Notes under the pieces: generated by a model
Databases searched by the model: none
Told to the model about the DNA's origin: nothing
The model's input: the letters and a program-made list of their open reading frames with translations, nothing else
Position numbers and translations under genes: made by a program
Part shown: positions 46,001 through 59,789 of the stretch, piece by piece
Layout of the letters: each line of letters starts with the position of its first letter
Numbering within the stretch: the stretch's first letter is position 1
Assembly: GCA_030141605.1 (NCBI GenBank)
Contig: JAQGDQ010000122.1
Coordinates: forward strand, 310,001-374,000
From: Tubiluchus corallicola
Lineage: Eukaryota; Animalia; Priapulida
DNA length: 64,000 nucleotides
Direction of reading: 5' to 3'

Positions 46001-49000
46001 AGAGTTTAACATGAAGGATTAGGACTTGTGGTGATGAAACCGACAAATGTAGCTGTCGAACAACAAAACATTGAAAAATTACAAGAATCTAGGCTAGCAA
46101 AGCAAAAGTTTGTTATTCAGTTGATATCTATGATAATTTAAGTTCTAGTCTTTGACTGGAGAAACAACATTCGTATCGTGTAAATCGGTTAGGAGATTTC
46201 TATTTTCTGAACCTGTATTCATATTTTCACCTGTCTACTGAAGCCCTTTATCTTAAGTGGCCATTGACCTTCTTAGGGGAGCAATTTTCATAAAAAATAG
46301 CCACCATCACTTTGCCTTTTTATTGGAAAAACATCATAACACTGACATGTGAATATGAAACAGGAAGTAGGAAAACTGTGAATTAAAAAATACAAGACGA
46401 ACGTAATCTAATTAACTGGGATGGCAATGCCGAAAGTATCCATTTTATCGACTAACAAAAATCGAGTAAATATGTAACACAAAAATACACTTCCTATTGG
46501 TGTATGCTTATATACAGACAAATAAAATAAAATTGGTCAAAATATTGCATAGTACACATTGAAGTAGTTTAACAACAGGGTTGAGTACTGTACTGTAGTA
46601 AGCTGTTGCGCTGCAGCACAAGTTGAAAATTTTCAACTTTTTTCGATATTTACAAAAAGTCTACAAACTAATATAAATTGTTAAATTGAAATCTAATGCA
46701 AGACAACACCTTTGGTTCAAGTTAGGGTTAATTCCCCACACACAAGAAATTAGTTCATAAAGCAGATTACGGTAAGCGTCAAGATTGGGGTATTTAAATT
46801 GTGCGGAGAATTGTAAACTCCTTCCAAACCTTTTGCATTTTCGATTTACACACGGGACTGTATACATGATGTAAAACCTGCATGCTACTCAGAGTTAGCC
46901 TACAAGTGATATTACTTCGTCTTTTGGTCTTCTTCCTCTGTTCATCCACTTTATGAGATCATTCAACTGGTTTTTAGTTGAGCCCGGACCGAATGTTTTT
47001 CGTGAGAGCAAGGTGCAAGCGGCAGCTCCCGTTTGGTGTAACTGACAATGAGCATTGGGGTTTTCTTCAGGTCTTAAGATTCCTGCATAGAGAATACTAA
47101 ATTACATAATTTTTAGCAAAAAAAACACAAGATAGGCTGAAGTGAGACAGTAAAGAAAAGGAAAATATCATGACTGGTTAAATAAAGCAATTTAGATACA
47201 AATTTCCTTTATGACAATCACATTTCTGGTTTGGCAAATACACAACTACATATAATTCCACTTGAGTAGTTCAATTCAATTTTATTCAATTCAATTCAAT
47301 TCAGTTCCTTTTTGATAAATAATTAACTAACTAATTAACACAAGTAGATTATCACGAAATTATTAATGATATGTTCTTCCACCCCAACAATAAAGAGATA
47401 TTTGGTATTACAGTTGGCACAGAGATAACGAAATAAAATGTTTATGCTTAAGCTAGAGGATTTGAACCTAGGTCTCCTCATTGAGCTCTTCCAACTTGAC
47501 CACCAAGAATATTTTTTCAAGTTTTTCTCTATTTCTATCTCTGCCTCGAGTCACTAAATCACTTATTATTCCTCAGCACTTTCAATCACTACTAATATTA
47601 TCCTAATCAATTATATAAAATATGCAAGATTAGTTTTCTACTACAGTTTAAACAACTACATTATTTCAAATACAGTAAGTCCTCGGTTAACAATGCTGAT
47701 GCATTCCAACAAAATGCGACATTAAGCGAAACATCTCTAAACAAAGCGAAGACTTCCACAAAAAGTAATGTAAAAAAACAGAGATACGTTTCAGAGACAA
47801 AAAGATTAAATCATATAAGTTAAACATTCCATGAGTTTTATTCATATTTCTACTGATTAATGTCTTCCGGTTTGCCTAAACCAACTATTTATTTTACTCA
47901 CCAATACCTAGCTACAGTACTTTCTCTTTTGTTAACGTTTAAGCTTAGTCAGGGGTTCAACAATAAACACTGCAGAGTCAAAACTGATAGTTGGTATTGT
48001 AGTAAATCACTAGTAATACAGTAATCGCGTCTGTAGTCAATCGGGAAGCAAAAACATGTATAATAATTACACTGTTTACATTACTAGTGCATCTTTAGAA
48101 CAGAATAACACAATAGGTGTTTTTTAATGCCTCAAATTAGGTAAAAAATTTACTAGTCAAATAAAAATTTGCCTTGAGCAAAGGAAATAAATCAACCGTT
48201 AAAGGGAAACATGCATTATCAAGCGAAAAAAAGGTGTCAAATTATTGTCATTAAACAGGGAGTCGTTAAGTGAGGACTTAATGTATTTAAGAATGTGAAT
48301 AAAATATTGCTACTATCCCTGGCGCACATCTGCATACCGTTAATACACCATGTTGTGCAAAAAACACTACCTTTTCGAGCAAATTGTTCGCTGACATCAA
48401 ATTCTTCTTCTACAAACTTTTTCAAGACATGTTCGTACTCGCTCTTGACAATAGATTCTAACGTGGCAATCCACCGTCTTGCTGCTACGTGTTCATCACT
48501 AGTATCCTAAAAATTTCAAAAAACAAGCTAAACACTGGCTAATCCTATTCTGCAAATTCCTCCAATTCATCCAGTACACAGTTCTGGTTTCTCTGGGGAA
48601 GTGTGTAAAGGTGTTTCAAATCTTACTCACTTGTGAATAAGTATCTAACAGTCTTGCAACTAAAACTGCTGACATTTTTGCATTGCGAAGTGTTTGTGAT
48701 CTCTTCAACATCAAGTGGTTTGCTCACTCAATAGAAAGAATCGCTAAGTTAGTGAGTCTATTATTGCTCATAGTTCAGCAAAGATGATTTTTATTAATTT
48801 CAACTTAGAAAAACTCTGGCCACATTGACAGTTGTTTTTTTTTGTCAATGGTATTCTCAGTAATATCATAAAGTTTGGCATTGAAATTTGAAAATCATAG
48901 AGGAACAGCGCGACTATAAAACGGTGCCAACTAACCAACTTCAAAATTCAGCCATTTTGAAAAAGAATCATCACAAAAAATACCTCAAACTCACAAGAAA

Positions 49001-52000
49001 GTAATAAAACTTTAGTACTGGCAACCCTATGCGGTCCGCACACCCTGCACACCCCACAATTTGCTACTGTTGTTATTTTTTTAATCAAACTGAAATTCAA
49101 AAACAACTTTTCAGAGCTCTAATTTTTGCATTTGGTAGTCAAACCATGTAAGTAAACGCAACATGACAGTCTATAATAACAGGTACAAATAAAATGATCC
49201 ACAGCTTCCACTTGGCAACAACAAACCAAGCCAATAACAAATCTAGTCACATAACCTACCTGTTTAAGGTAGTCTGGTGTTTTTGCAGGAGTGGGAGCCG
49301 TCCTCAGCCTACCGGGACCAGATGCCTTTCTTGGCCTCAGCCTACCGGGACCAGACGCCTTTCTTGGCTTTCTTTCATCGAACCTACTCTTAGACAAGAA
49401 AAATCTGATCACAACACTACTAAAGCATCAAAATTATTTATTTAAAACCTAATATTTTAACATCACCTCTAGCAAATGGTACAAAAATAGTTGAAAATCT
49501 TTCAATATTTAGTAAAAGGCTATACTGTTATTATGTTATTGTTGTTAAGTTTAATTATTATTATTTTATTTTACACACAGTGGGCATTTATCGTCTGAGA
49601 AAGAGAAGGGACGTTTTAATATGTTATGTATTAAATACACGAAAACATTATTACACACTTATCTTAATTATTGTAAACTTAGTGTCAAGTAACTTTGAGT
49701 TTATACTATGGGCCCCCCCCCACCTTTGGGACGCGAAGCGTTTTCGTTCGTGGGATCGCGTGCTAGTCAAAAAACTATTTTTAAAAATGCTCTTTTCATG
49801 AAAAGTAGGTCTTGTCTCCTCAGTCTCTCATTACTGGAAAGTGAAGCAGGGCTTTCCAGCTCTAAATGCGGTATACCAACACTTGATTTTGCAGCAAAAT
49901 GAAAATGTGCATTGTTCGGTACAGTGTACACCAAGAAAACGTGTCGCCATTCATTTTACGTTGGTTCTCTTTAGATACCTATTGCATTGCAATACTAGTC
50001 GCCGAGAAACAGGTGCAACCATCGCATGAATGAATTAATGAAACAATCATTCATTGTTCAGTAATTTGTTGAATAATAAGTTAAAATTAATAAATGCGGA
50101 CGATAATGATGTTTAATAGTACAACATGTGATTATGTTCTTCGTGGGGTCACGATATGATGCAGGGTACTGGAAAGGGGTCACCATCAACAAAAGGTTGA
50201 GAACCAAAAGGTTTATATATAAAATTTATATTATATGTTAAAATGCTTGAAATCGTTTTAGTTAGTAAACAACTAATTTTCTCAAAAGCAGAAGTATGTG
50301 TACAATCTTTATCAAGGCAAAAAATGGTGGCAGCAAAATGCATGAAAAACACGATTAAATTATGACATTTGACTTTAAATAGTCTACAGTCATGATTGGT
50401 GAAAAAAGAAAAAATGTTAAAAACTGAGTACATCTTCAAATAGCATTTAAAATATGCTCAGTGTACAAAAGAGTTTGAAAAGCTGTTGTGCTGCAAAGTT
50501 AACGATTAATCAGTTACCTTTAAAAACACCTACCTGGATGACGTCGTCACATAAAAGTGATCAGGTAAGACAACACAGTTTATACATTCTGTAACAGTTT
50601 CTAACCAAAAGCGTCCTCTATAAATATCACATATTCTCTCTGTACATGTGAAATACAGTATCAATCACAATCGTGCAAAAATGACATTGAAGAAAAATCA
50701 CCGTTCGTGCAATCTGCTTTTAGGCTTCAAAGGACTAGCTTTCTCGTCACCGAATTTCGAAGCCCTAAAAGTGGGAGGTAACTGTTCTTCCGAAAAGATA
50801 GGTGGCAGGACGGGATTTGGTAAGCTCTCGATTCTACCAAACCCACATTTCTCACGATCACGACTACCGTATCCAAGCCTAGCATGGTCCAGACTATCGT
50901 GTACCGGTCTACCATGATCTTGCACGTCTTCCACACGTCTAGACTGTTTTCTGCTTTCTCTCCTGAAGCTCTCGTCTTGGGTAACTGTCAATGGCATACT
51001 ACCTCGGAATCGAGTAAATTGTCTATTAATGCGTGGAAGTGCTACTTGCTGTGCCGACGAATGTCTTGAATCGGGTAATACGTCACACGGATCTATTGTT
51101 ACTCGATCAGGCCATCTGACACTGTAGACAGTGTAGTCGTGACAACGGCCGCAATCTTTGCAGTGGTCTCCAAATATATCGGAAGCTTAAAAACAAACAT
51201 GTAAATTGTTAAATGTAATATAGCTAAACTTATTAAAGATTAATGTTTAATCAACCTTATTACACTGTGCAGCTAATGACTTAAATGCTACTGTTACTAC
51301 TTCATCCCTCACTGAAAAGTATTTTGCACACAGGAATTTATGTACACAGAAAGTCCAACAAAGCTAAAGTATTTAGAACTAAGAAGTCATCCTGTCCTTG
51401 TTTTCGTGCAGAAAGATTTTAATATACTGGTCAATGAGGCGATTACAAAAGTTGAAAAGTGCACCAGGTAGCGATCTTTGAAACTAGGACGCTAATCCTG
51501 CTGCATACGTGATTTGCATAAGCTTCTGTAGTGCATAAAGAATTACAAAAAAATTTCAGAATGCAAGTAATATAAACAAGTGCTGAGAACGAGGGATTAC
51601 AAGCAAAAACATTGAAAAGTAATTCCTGTAGATTATAGAACTATTATATGGATTTACTTTTTGATCAAAGATATGCAACCATTAGTTACATTTACATCCT
51701 AGAACTCATGAACAAACAAGTAAAAAAACGTCTGTCTATAAGCGCCTTTAAATGTTTAGCTTACTGATCCTCTGTGTAAATATTTATTTTATTTGTCTTA
51801 TAGTAGATTTTTAAATAGCAAATTTTGGTTAAGCTTTATTCATTATTCTATAATACTTATTATGTACTGAAATAAACATAAAATATAAACAATAATAAAT
51901 TAATAAATAAACATGATTTATACATACCAATACCATAAAGGAAATTCTGAGCAGCGGTCATCCTTTGTGACAACTCTTGGCACGATATGTAGTCATTATT

Positions 52001-52335
52001 CTTGAGTATTTTATCAATGAGTTCATCGAGTTTATCATCAGATAAGCGCAATCCAATCTAAACTTCCAAAATAAGAATTAGAACTGATACTGGGTAGAGA
52101 AAACGGTCTTATTAAAAATATGAACGCCAATGTAAAAAACGCAATATGGAACTTTGTATGGAATGTTTCGACTGCCTTAACGGGCATCTTCAACCAGTTA
52201 GACCCACAACAATAAAACAGAGCCGATTCAATTAGGAAAACAGAGCTGTGAATGTTGTAACAACTTCATCAGAAAGAGGGAGAGGGAGAGGGAGAGGGAG
52301 AGAGAGAGAAAGAGAGAGAGAGAGGGGGGAGGGAA

Positions 52336-52369
<34 letters not shown>

Positions 52370-52375
52370 GGGGGA

Positions 52376-52436
<61 letters not shown>

Positions 52437-54701
52437 TAAAACCACGACCACGAAATATTTGGTTCACAACTTTCTTTGTGATTATATCCATACTGTGTGT
52501 GTAAATGACCGAAGATGAACAATAAACCTTCTTGTCAAAACTTTACATGCGATTACCACAGTGTTAACTCACTAAATAAATGAATTTTGGAAATTTTCGT
52601 TGCCTAATGGACCGTTAATTATTTAGAATATAAGAATAGTTACATACATACTTGTTTTAGAATTTGTTTCAGCTCCTCTCTAGACAACAGCCACTTCTTC
52701 TTGCCCGTCATTTGGAAAAGATCGGCTAATTTTAGTTTTTTCTTACTCAGCTGACGTGCTAATATCTGCATAGCACCGAAACTCGTTATTTCTTCGTAAT
52801 CTTCTTCTTCTTCAGACTCGGACTCGGACTCCTCTGAACTTTTTGGTTCTTCTTCCTGATTAAAACCAAGGGTATTTAAAAATCTTAGCATGTAATGTAA
52901 AATACAGTAGGTGCCGCTTAATCGACTCACGGTTAATAGACTCAATCATTTAATCGACTCAAAAATGCCATTTCTATTCAAATATACATAAACACTATCG
53001 GTAACTGACTCAAATAACTTCACTTAATTGACTCAATATTTTTCCTTCACGTACTTAAAATAAGACATTTGTATTTGCCCAAACAGCCTTTCATACTTTT
53101 ATGTCATCTTTACTTCCCCTTTGTACATTATGTATGTAGAAACAATCATGTCAAGTACCGTTTTGTTTGTAAACAGGTACTTTTATCATGCGCTAATACG
53201 CTAGCTTAGCGGTTTTGTTTTGAATATGTTACCCGCTAGCCCACTGCAATTAACCTCGTTACCCAAAGAATTTCTGGAAACTAAACATTTAATCACTTGC
53301 CTAGCAGTTTCCTTTTGATGCTCTAGTTACAAAACACGCTTTCAGACTTAATGAGTTAATAGTCAAAGATGCAGGTACAATACATTTACTGGCTATGTTA
53401 TGGAGAAATGTAAGAAAGCAGACGATTCAGAACTGTTTTAGTCATGCCCAATTCAGACTTGTAGGATTTAGAAAAGTATACTTTATAATTTATTGTTAAT
53501 TCATTTATATAAATTAATATTTTAAAATGTTTTTTCTAACTGCACAAAGGAATTTAGGCATTACTTCGTTTCTAAAATTGATTAAAAGCCTTGCAGTGTA
53601 TAGTAAGCTGATGACTCATACTTGTATAGCAGTAATACTACACCTATGATTGGTTAATAAGTTCAATCGATTAATTGGGTCCCAAAGTGAGTCTACTAAG
53701 CGGTGACTACTGTACATAAGTTTCTAATATCTACCAATGGTCACCTGTCTAACAGTATCATTTAATGTAACAGTATGAGTTACGAGTTTGCACTTTAATG
53801 CATTGACAATTTGTAATAGTATAACTTTTGTAATTTGTAGTATTGAGCTAAAATGGGTGAATCGACCAATCTAAATGAATCTAACTAGAAATAAAGAAAA
53901 AATAAACACCAAGTCTAAGTCATAGAAGTACCAATAAACCCAAAAGATAAATGTTTGTAGAGTAAATGTCAAACGAATTTCACTCCCACTCCTGATTTAC
54001 AGCTCCTACGATTACTTAGCTAAGCAAGTGCGCGCTGAGAGCAAAACCTTGTAAATCTAGACAAAATACTCCACATCTAGGAGTAGGACTATCCAAGCAC
54101 AGTTAATAGCAGTGATGTCACTTGTAAGTTTAACAAATATCTCTAGGATGCACTCTACATCTTTTGTGGAATTTAGAAAGAAAGAAATACAGTCCTAAGG
54201 AGTATGAAAAACAAACATCACTAACGATGCGTTTTTGACGACTTGTAGGGACCTAATCAGAGATGACAATAGTTACTGATATGTGCTAAATTGCCAGTAC
54301 GTCTAATAAGCCACATATTGATTTTAATTTGATAATTTAATTGTGTGGCAGATGGCAGAAACATGTGATTAAAAAATCAAATCCACTACTTTCTGCATAA
54401 AATGAAGAAAATTAAGTTACTCTGCCAGTCTACATTTATTTAGTATTTTCCATATTTTATTAATTTTCTGAAAAGATGTCACATTTAAACGCCGTGATTC
54501 ACATTTTGGTTTAAGTTGTATCTATTAGTACAACAGTGATTAGAATGGATACATATATGATCATTAACAATTATGGAACAGCACTAAGTGATCAACTAAC
54601 GTGTTTCATGCAACCTATATAAAAACCTCTCACATAAGGCTGCCAAGATATGCAGTGTTAAGATGTACAATAGAGTGGTAAGACACACACACGCACGCAC
54701 G

Positions 54702-54733
<32 letters not shown>

Positions 54734-57700
54734 CATATATATATGAAACATGTTTTCTGATGAAATTAAATTATGGCAGCCAGTAACAAGAGAAAGGAAT
54801 GTGCAAAAGAGAGGATGATGGATGAAATGATGAAGTGGATGATTAATGATACTCAGATAATTGGCATACAAGCGAAGGATCGCATTGATTTCCATATATT
54901 ATAGAGAAAATTCTCAAAATTCATATTGTTAGTTGATTGTAGTGTTTTGAATAAGGATTTGTTACAGCTACATAAAAGTCTTTTATTTCACAATGTGCTT
55001 TTAGCTGAATTTATTAACTGTACTACTTGGAGTATCAATATGTTGTACCTAAGCTGTATGTTGTACCTGGGCTATATATTATATTTTCATTAGTATTCTT
55101 TGCTAATAAATGCCAAACTCCATTAACCACAATAACATGCAGATGTAAAATGTAGATAATGATGACAATTCTTTGCTAAGCAAAAATTTTGAGATACAGG
55201 CTAATATTGTCACATACCTGTTCAACTGGCTTAGGAGGTGGAATTTTTTTCCGCTTTTCTTCGAGCAGAACTTTCATATGTCTACATTCCAGGGAACTTC
55301 TCTCTTTCGATCTTAAAAAGGGTAACAAATCTCCGAGGTTTTCAATTGAATTGTTCAGACGCCTCTTGGCGTCACACCATTGCTTAAACTCTGCAATTGT
55401 CATATCATCGCGGAAACTCTTGCTCAAAAAGTAGTTCTCTCCACCGGACAAATCTACTAGTGGCACAGACACAGCTAGAAAAGATCAACAATCAAAACTG
55501 ACTACCAATGTTGAAAAACAAAAGTAAGTTTGAAGCTTTGATATCACAAGGAAGTCAGGCAACACAATGAAAAAACATCAGACCTGTTTATAAACTATTT
55601 ATAAACAATGGGTGCCAGGTGGTACAATGCTCAAACTGCATTTAGCTGTTAGGCAAAAACAGCCTGGAGCCTTTTGAACACTGCAGAACACCCTACATAT
55701 GATGGTATTGCATATGGCAAGAAAAGTTTCTGCTATTATGGAGCCCCATTGTGGAATGAATTACCAAACTGTCTCCGAATGGCCGAAAATCTTGGGGAAT
55801 TTAAACGTCTAATTAACGCATGGACTTGTGTATCATGTAAATGTGCCATTTGTAAATTCAGCGAACTTCCCAATTTTGTTAAGTCGTAATTAAATGCTGA
55901 AATGTTGGCAGGAAAAATTTTTATTGACCCAGATAGCTTTCTGTGTAAATTTTAGAAAATGTTACTGCCTAACATTTTTACTGTCTCAATTTTTTACTGT
56001 CTTCATGTAGTTATAAATTTATATTGTACTAATACCTCTGGTGGCATCCAAAAGATTTTAAGAAGTACATATTATTACCATGTTATCGCTCTTACACATT
56101 ATGTTTGATATCGGTTTACAAGCTTTAAGCTCATGTTTTACAAATATGTACTGTTTACATCATACCGATGAAAATATCTTATCTTATCTTATCTTATCTT
56201 ATCTTATCTTATCTTAGCTTAGCTTAGCTTAGCTTAGCTTAGCTTAGCTTAGCTTAGCTTAGCTTAGCTTAGCTTAGCTTAGCTTAGCTTAGCTTAGCTT
56301 ATCTTATCTTATCTTATCTTATCTTATCTTATCTTATCTTATCTTATCTTATCTTGCGTGGCACACTTTTGAAGTGTTGATGGATTTTGCAAACTAGTTA
56401 TCATCTCCTTCTGCACTGTATTTAAATCCATCCATGTACACAACAAACAGATTCAAAAATGCAGACAGGAGCAGATGAAGTAAACTGGTAAAACAACACA
56501 ACTTTATTAAACTTTTGCTTTACAAAGTTAAGATATTAATATCACGCCAAACATTTTATTCGACAGACTACAGCTGTCATCATCAGTGGTAAATTTATAA
56601 TAGATTATTGCCTACTTGGCTTCTGTTAACTACTTAATTAGTGCATAATAGGCTCTGCTTATATAAACTGGTTGCATGTTTGTAAATTTACTATTGATGA
56701 AGACAGCAGTAATCTGTCGAAATGTTTGTCTACATTTGAACTTCTTAAGTTGTAAAGCAAAAGTTTTAATAAAGTTGTGTTGATTTAACAATAAATGTTT
56801 TTACATGCCTGTAATAAAAACATTGGTAGAGATGATACATGCTATTAAAGTGAGCAGTGAGCAACCATGATGAATACTAGTTTGGTGCATGAGTTCGACG
56901 AGAGCTTATGGTTTTTGAATGTTGGGACTTTCAACATAATAGCATAACATTTTTACTATCAACTCAAGCTAAGACTCTATTTTTGCAACCGAGATAATTA
57001 TCTGATGCAGCACAAGTGCCAAGCTGCCAAAAAAACTCAGTAAAACATGTTCACAGTAACTTATTTTCGATCTGAGATTCACTAACGAAAATGTTTTAAT
57101 AAATTTCATTAGACAGAAGTCAATATCATGCGATTACTTTAGAAGATAAACAAATTCGTATTGTTTGTGGTAAAAACCAAATTAGGCAAAAAAATCCTAG
57201 GAAATCCACTACAGATTGAAGTTTACTTAACAAGTTTCATAAGTTCAGAATAACAATAATGAGCAAACTTCATTTACCTGGTTTACCAGATGGTACCGTG
57301 GGTAAAACACCGGACCACGGTAAACCTTGAGCACCAGCGGCAAACAAAACTCTCTTTTTGGATGGCAAAAATTTTTCATGAGTCTGATACTGTTGATGGA
57401 GCTTGAGATCCAATTTAAACAACTTAGCGGCCTAAAAGAAAAAATTATAAAAAAGCACACATAGGCTGGTATATGTTAATGAAATTTATATAATCACAAT
57501 GATACTAGCTAAATTACTTAGTTCAAGTCAAGTTTATTTTACTTCGACACATCACGCAATCATTACATCATCATAACAACATTTTGAAGAACATTATTGC
57601 CAGAAGCTAAAAACTGGCAGTAATACTTAATAACTGAAGCACTTCAGGCAAAATAGTATTTATTTTATATTTTAAGAATTGTAGTGTTTTGTATGTGTAC

Positions 57701-58716
57701 ACTGCACTGCTACTGCTTAAGCACAACAAGCTTACATAATTTAAAGAAGTCAAAGTATTTACAACACAAAATTAAGTAAAGTTTACAGAAATTCTGTTTC
57801 AGCTTTGCTCCATGAATGAACAGACTTATGAACGATGATTTAGCAATTCACTTTTCATTTGGGTTTTCCGCACTGAAACGACCTACCATTTGTCCCAGAA
57901 TATTTTAAAGGAAAACCGGACGATTGTTAATACTCAATCTCATTTTAATTTACTGTCCAAAATATACATTTTCTTGCTTAGAAAAGTTAGCAATTGTTTC
58001 CTATATTTAAATAATTAGCTTAGAAAGTTAATTAATGCCAACCAAAAACAGCTATTGTTTACGCCAGAAGCTAACCACAGTTATCTTCCTTTGCGCGTCA
58101 AGCACGTTTGCGTAAGTGTTACTGCTTAAACGCATGATGTCATAAAAATGGGCTCTATGTCATGTGATGTCAGAAAGTAACACTGCAGTTCATTATCATG
58201 GTCATCATGGCACAATCTTCTAATTTTTGGCCACGCGAATGTGACAAAAAGGCACAGTTGCCAGTCTTAGTAGATTCACTAGGCCGTACGTAGCTTTGAA
58301 AGTTTAACAAATTTGAGTATCCGAGGTAATTATTATTTGTTCTAAGCTTTGATTTAAAAAAAGCTATGGTAGTTTTCAATATTTTAGAGCATTCTTTATT
58401 CTGAACTAATGTTTACACAATCATCCTTTAAAGAACGCAGTCTGGATCATCTCATCGAATAATTCTCATTGTTGTTTTCTGCCTCTAATTGCCTCTTTGA
58501 AGTTGAATGATCATAAAAATTACACAACTAATATAATCAACCAAGTAAATAAAATAAATAAAGTTAAACGAAAATAACAAAACTGCAGATTTTCACTTTG
58601 CTACATTTTGGAATTTTCACCTGATCTGGAATGTCTAAAGTGTAAAAATCCTCATCCTTAAACAACTGTTGAGCACTCAAAGCTAGATCATCAAGCACAT
58701 TACTGTCGCATCCCAT
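43011..58716 (-). CDS. EFCAB12: EF-hand calcium-binding domain protein 12-like
   Basis: Phase-consistent exons 58716-58621, 57431-57278, 55474-55218, 52855-52652, 52057-51928, 51185-50702, 49383-49260, (48743-48631 uncertain), 48506-48371, 47082-46916, 45991-45750, 43236-43011. Blocks recalled as EFCAB12-like: EFKQWCDAKRRLNNSIENLGDL..FL..K, LKLADLF..LSREEL..IL, ILRPEE and NVFWPGKNLDKLCLWM. Family assignment is from memory, not a search. Confidence 0.75.
43350..43694. mobile_element. MITE with ~50-bp imperfect terminal inverted repeats
   Basis: AAGTCAAAGTGCCC... versus ...GGGCACTTTGACTT. Confidence 0.7.
47673..48283. mobile_element. pogo/Tigger-type MITE with TA flanks
   Basis: TA|CAGTAAGTCCTCGGTTAAC ... 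GTTAAGTGAGGACTTAATG|TA. Confidence 0.7.
52272..52434. repeat. (GA)n microsatellite
   Basis: Directly visible. Confidence 0.95.
52905..53712. mobile_element. pogo/Tigger-type MITE with TA flanks
   Basis: TA|CAGTAGGTGCCGCTTAATCGACTCAC ... GTGAGTCTACTAAGCGGTGACTACTG|TA; subterminal TTAATCGACTCA repeats. Confidence 0.75.
54683..54744. repeat. (CA)n/(TA)n microsatellite
   Basis: Directly visible. Confidence 0.9.
55674..56355 (+). mobile_element. 3' end of an L2/CR1-group LINE with an expanded pentanucleotide tail (ATCTT)n(AGCTT)n(ATCTT)n
   Basis: YGKKSFCYYGAPLWNELP..LR....LGEFKRLI..W....CKCAIC* is a typical ORF2 C-terminus; the 3' UTR is followed by the tail at ~56175-56355. Confidence 0.8.
56489..56787. 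mobile_element. ~300-bp imperfect palindrome resembling inverted Penelope-like pseudo-LTRs with degenerate hammerhead cores
   Basis: Arms CAACACAACTTTATTAAA.CTTTTGCTTTACAA / TTGTAAAGCAAAAG.TTTAATAAAGTTGTGTTG. YTGATGA-N-GACAG-loop-CTGTC-GAA on both strands. Confidence 0.6.
57909..58427. mobile_element. Kolobok-like MITE copy 3 (TTAA flanks)
   Basis: TTAA|AGGAAAACCGGACGATTGT ... ACAATCATCCT|TTAA; homologous to copies 1 and 2. Confidence 0.75.
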
Positions 58717-58979
58717 ACTGACTTTTTAAATTAGCGCAATTATCTAGTAAGAACTCGTACATCAACACAATCTGCAAGAAAAACAGTTGTTCACATAAAG
58801 TGTGAATAATTTATCATTCAAATAAAAGAATGTAATTAATCTCTTTAAAGTCCAATCTCAATAAAAGCTGGCATTTACATCAATCACATAATATTTCTGA
58901 TTTTACAATAATACTATTTAAAAAAAAGTAATAAAGTTAAAATAGAACAGGATTAACCATTAAGCAAACAAGCATGTGC

Positions 58980-59600
58980 TTAGTGCCTTAGGGGAAGAGA
59001 GGCCCCCAATCTCCTGCCAAGCACTCCTGGCAGTGTGCACTTCAATGAAGACTGGTGCTGATGATGATGCCCAGGTATGGATATGAAGAAACATGCTCTA
59101 GGATTTTGTCGCCCATGCTGTAAGGAAAGTAAGTTGGATTTTTCTTTTGAGAAATAAATAAGATTTTGCATTTATCAGTGGCTAAAGTCCATAAACCAAT
59201 TTTCCTCTCCCCCATAGTTGTAGCTGTGAGAGATCTTGTTGTATAATGTGGTGACCTTGATTACTCCAATTAGGTCTATATCGAATCGAGTCGCCAGCAA
59301 ATATTCGCATGTTTGATGATAAGTTGTCACCGATGTCGTTTATATAGAGAAGGAATAAAGCCAGTCAAAGGAATGAGTCTCGTGACTCCTGATGTAACAT
59401 TTATGGAATGGGAGCAAACACCAATGATGGAGACCTTCTGCATCTGATCAGAGAGAAATGATTTGACCCATTGTAGCATATGACCGTTAATACCATAGAA
59501 TGATAGCTTAGCTAAGAGACGCTGATGTCGGACCCAGTCAAAAGCTTTGTTGATATCAAGCAGTACAGAATCAACCTGGCAGACTTTATTGCCTTGTTCG
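58980..59600 (-). mobile_element. Degenerate CR1/L2-type RT fragment
   Basis: QVDSVLLDINKAFDWVRHQRLLAKLSFYGINGHMLQWVKSFLSDQMQKVSI..SGV. Confidence 0.8.
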
Positions 59601-59789
59601 CTAGCTACTGTTTTCTTGCTAAGGGCAGATGCAAGTACTGGGCTGGGTTGTTCGGGTGGCGGTAATATTTTGTAGACTGCTGCTGGAGTTGTATAACATA
59701 AGATTCTTATTTTTTTGCTAGCTACGGTTTTCTTGTTAGGAGCCGATGCAAGTACTGGGCTGAAAATAACAAGTTGCTCGGGTGCAAGC

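Noticed and set aside
57880-58500. Possible EFCAB12-like exon split by the Kolobok-like MITE
   Set aside because: Needs a frameshift, and the flanking exons already join in phase without it.
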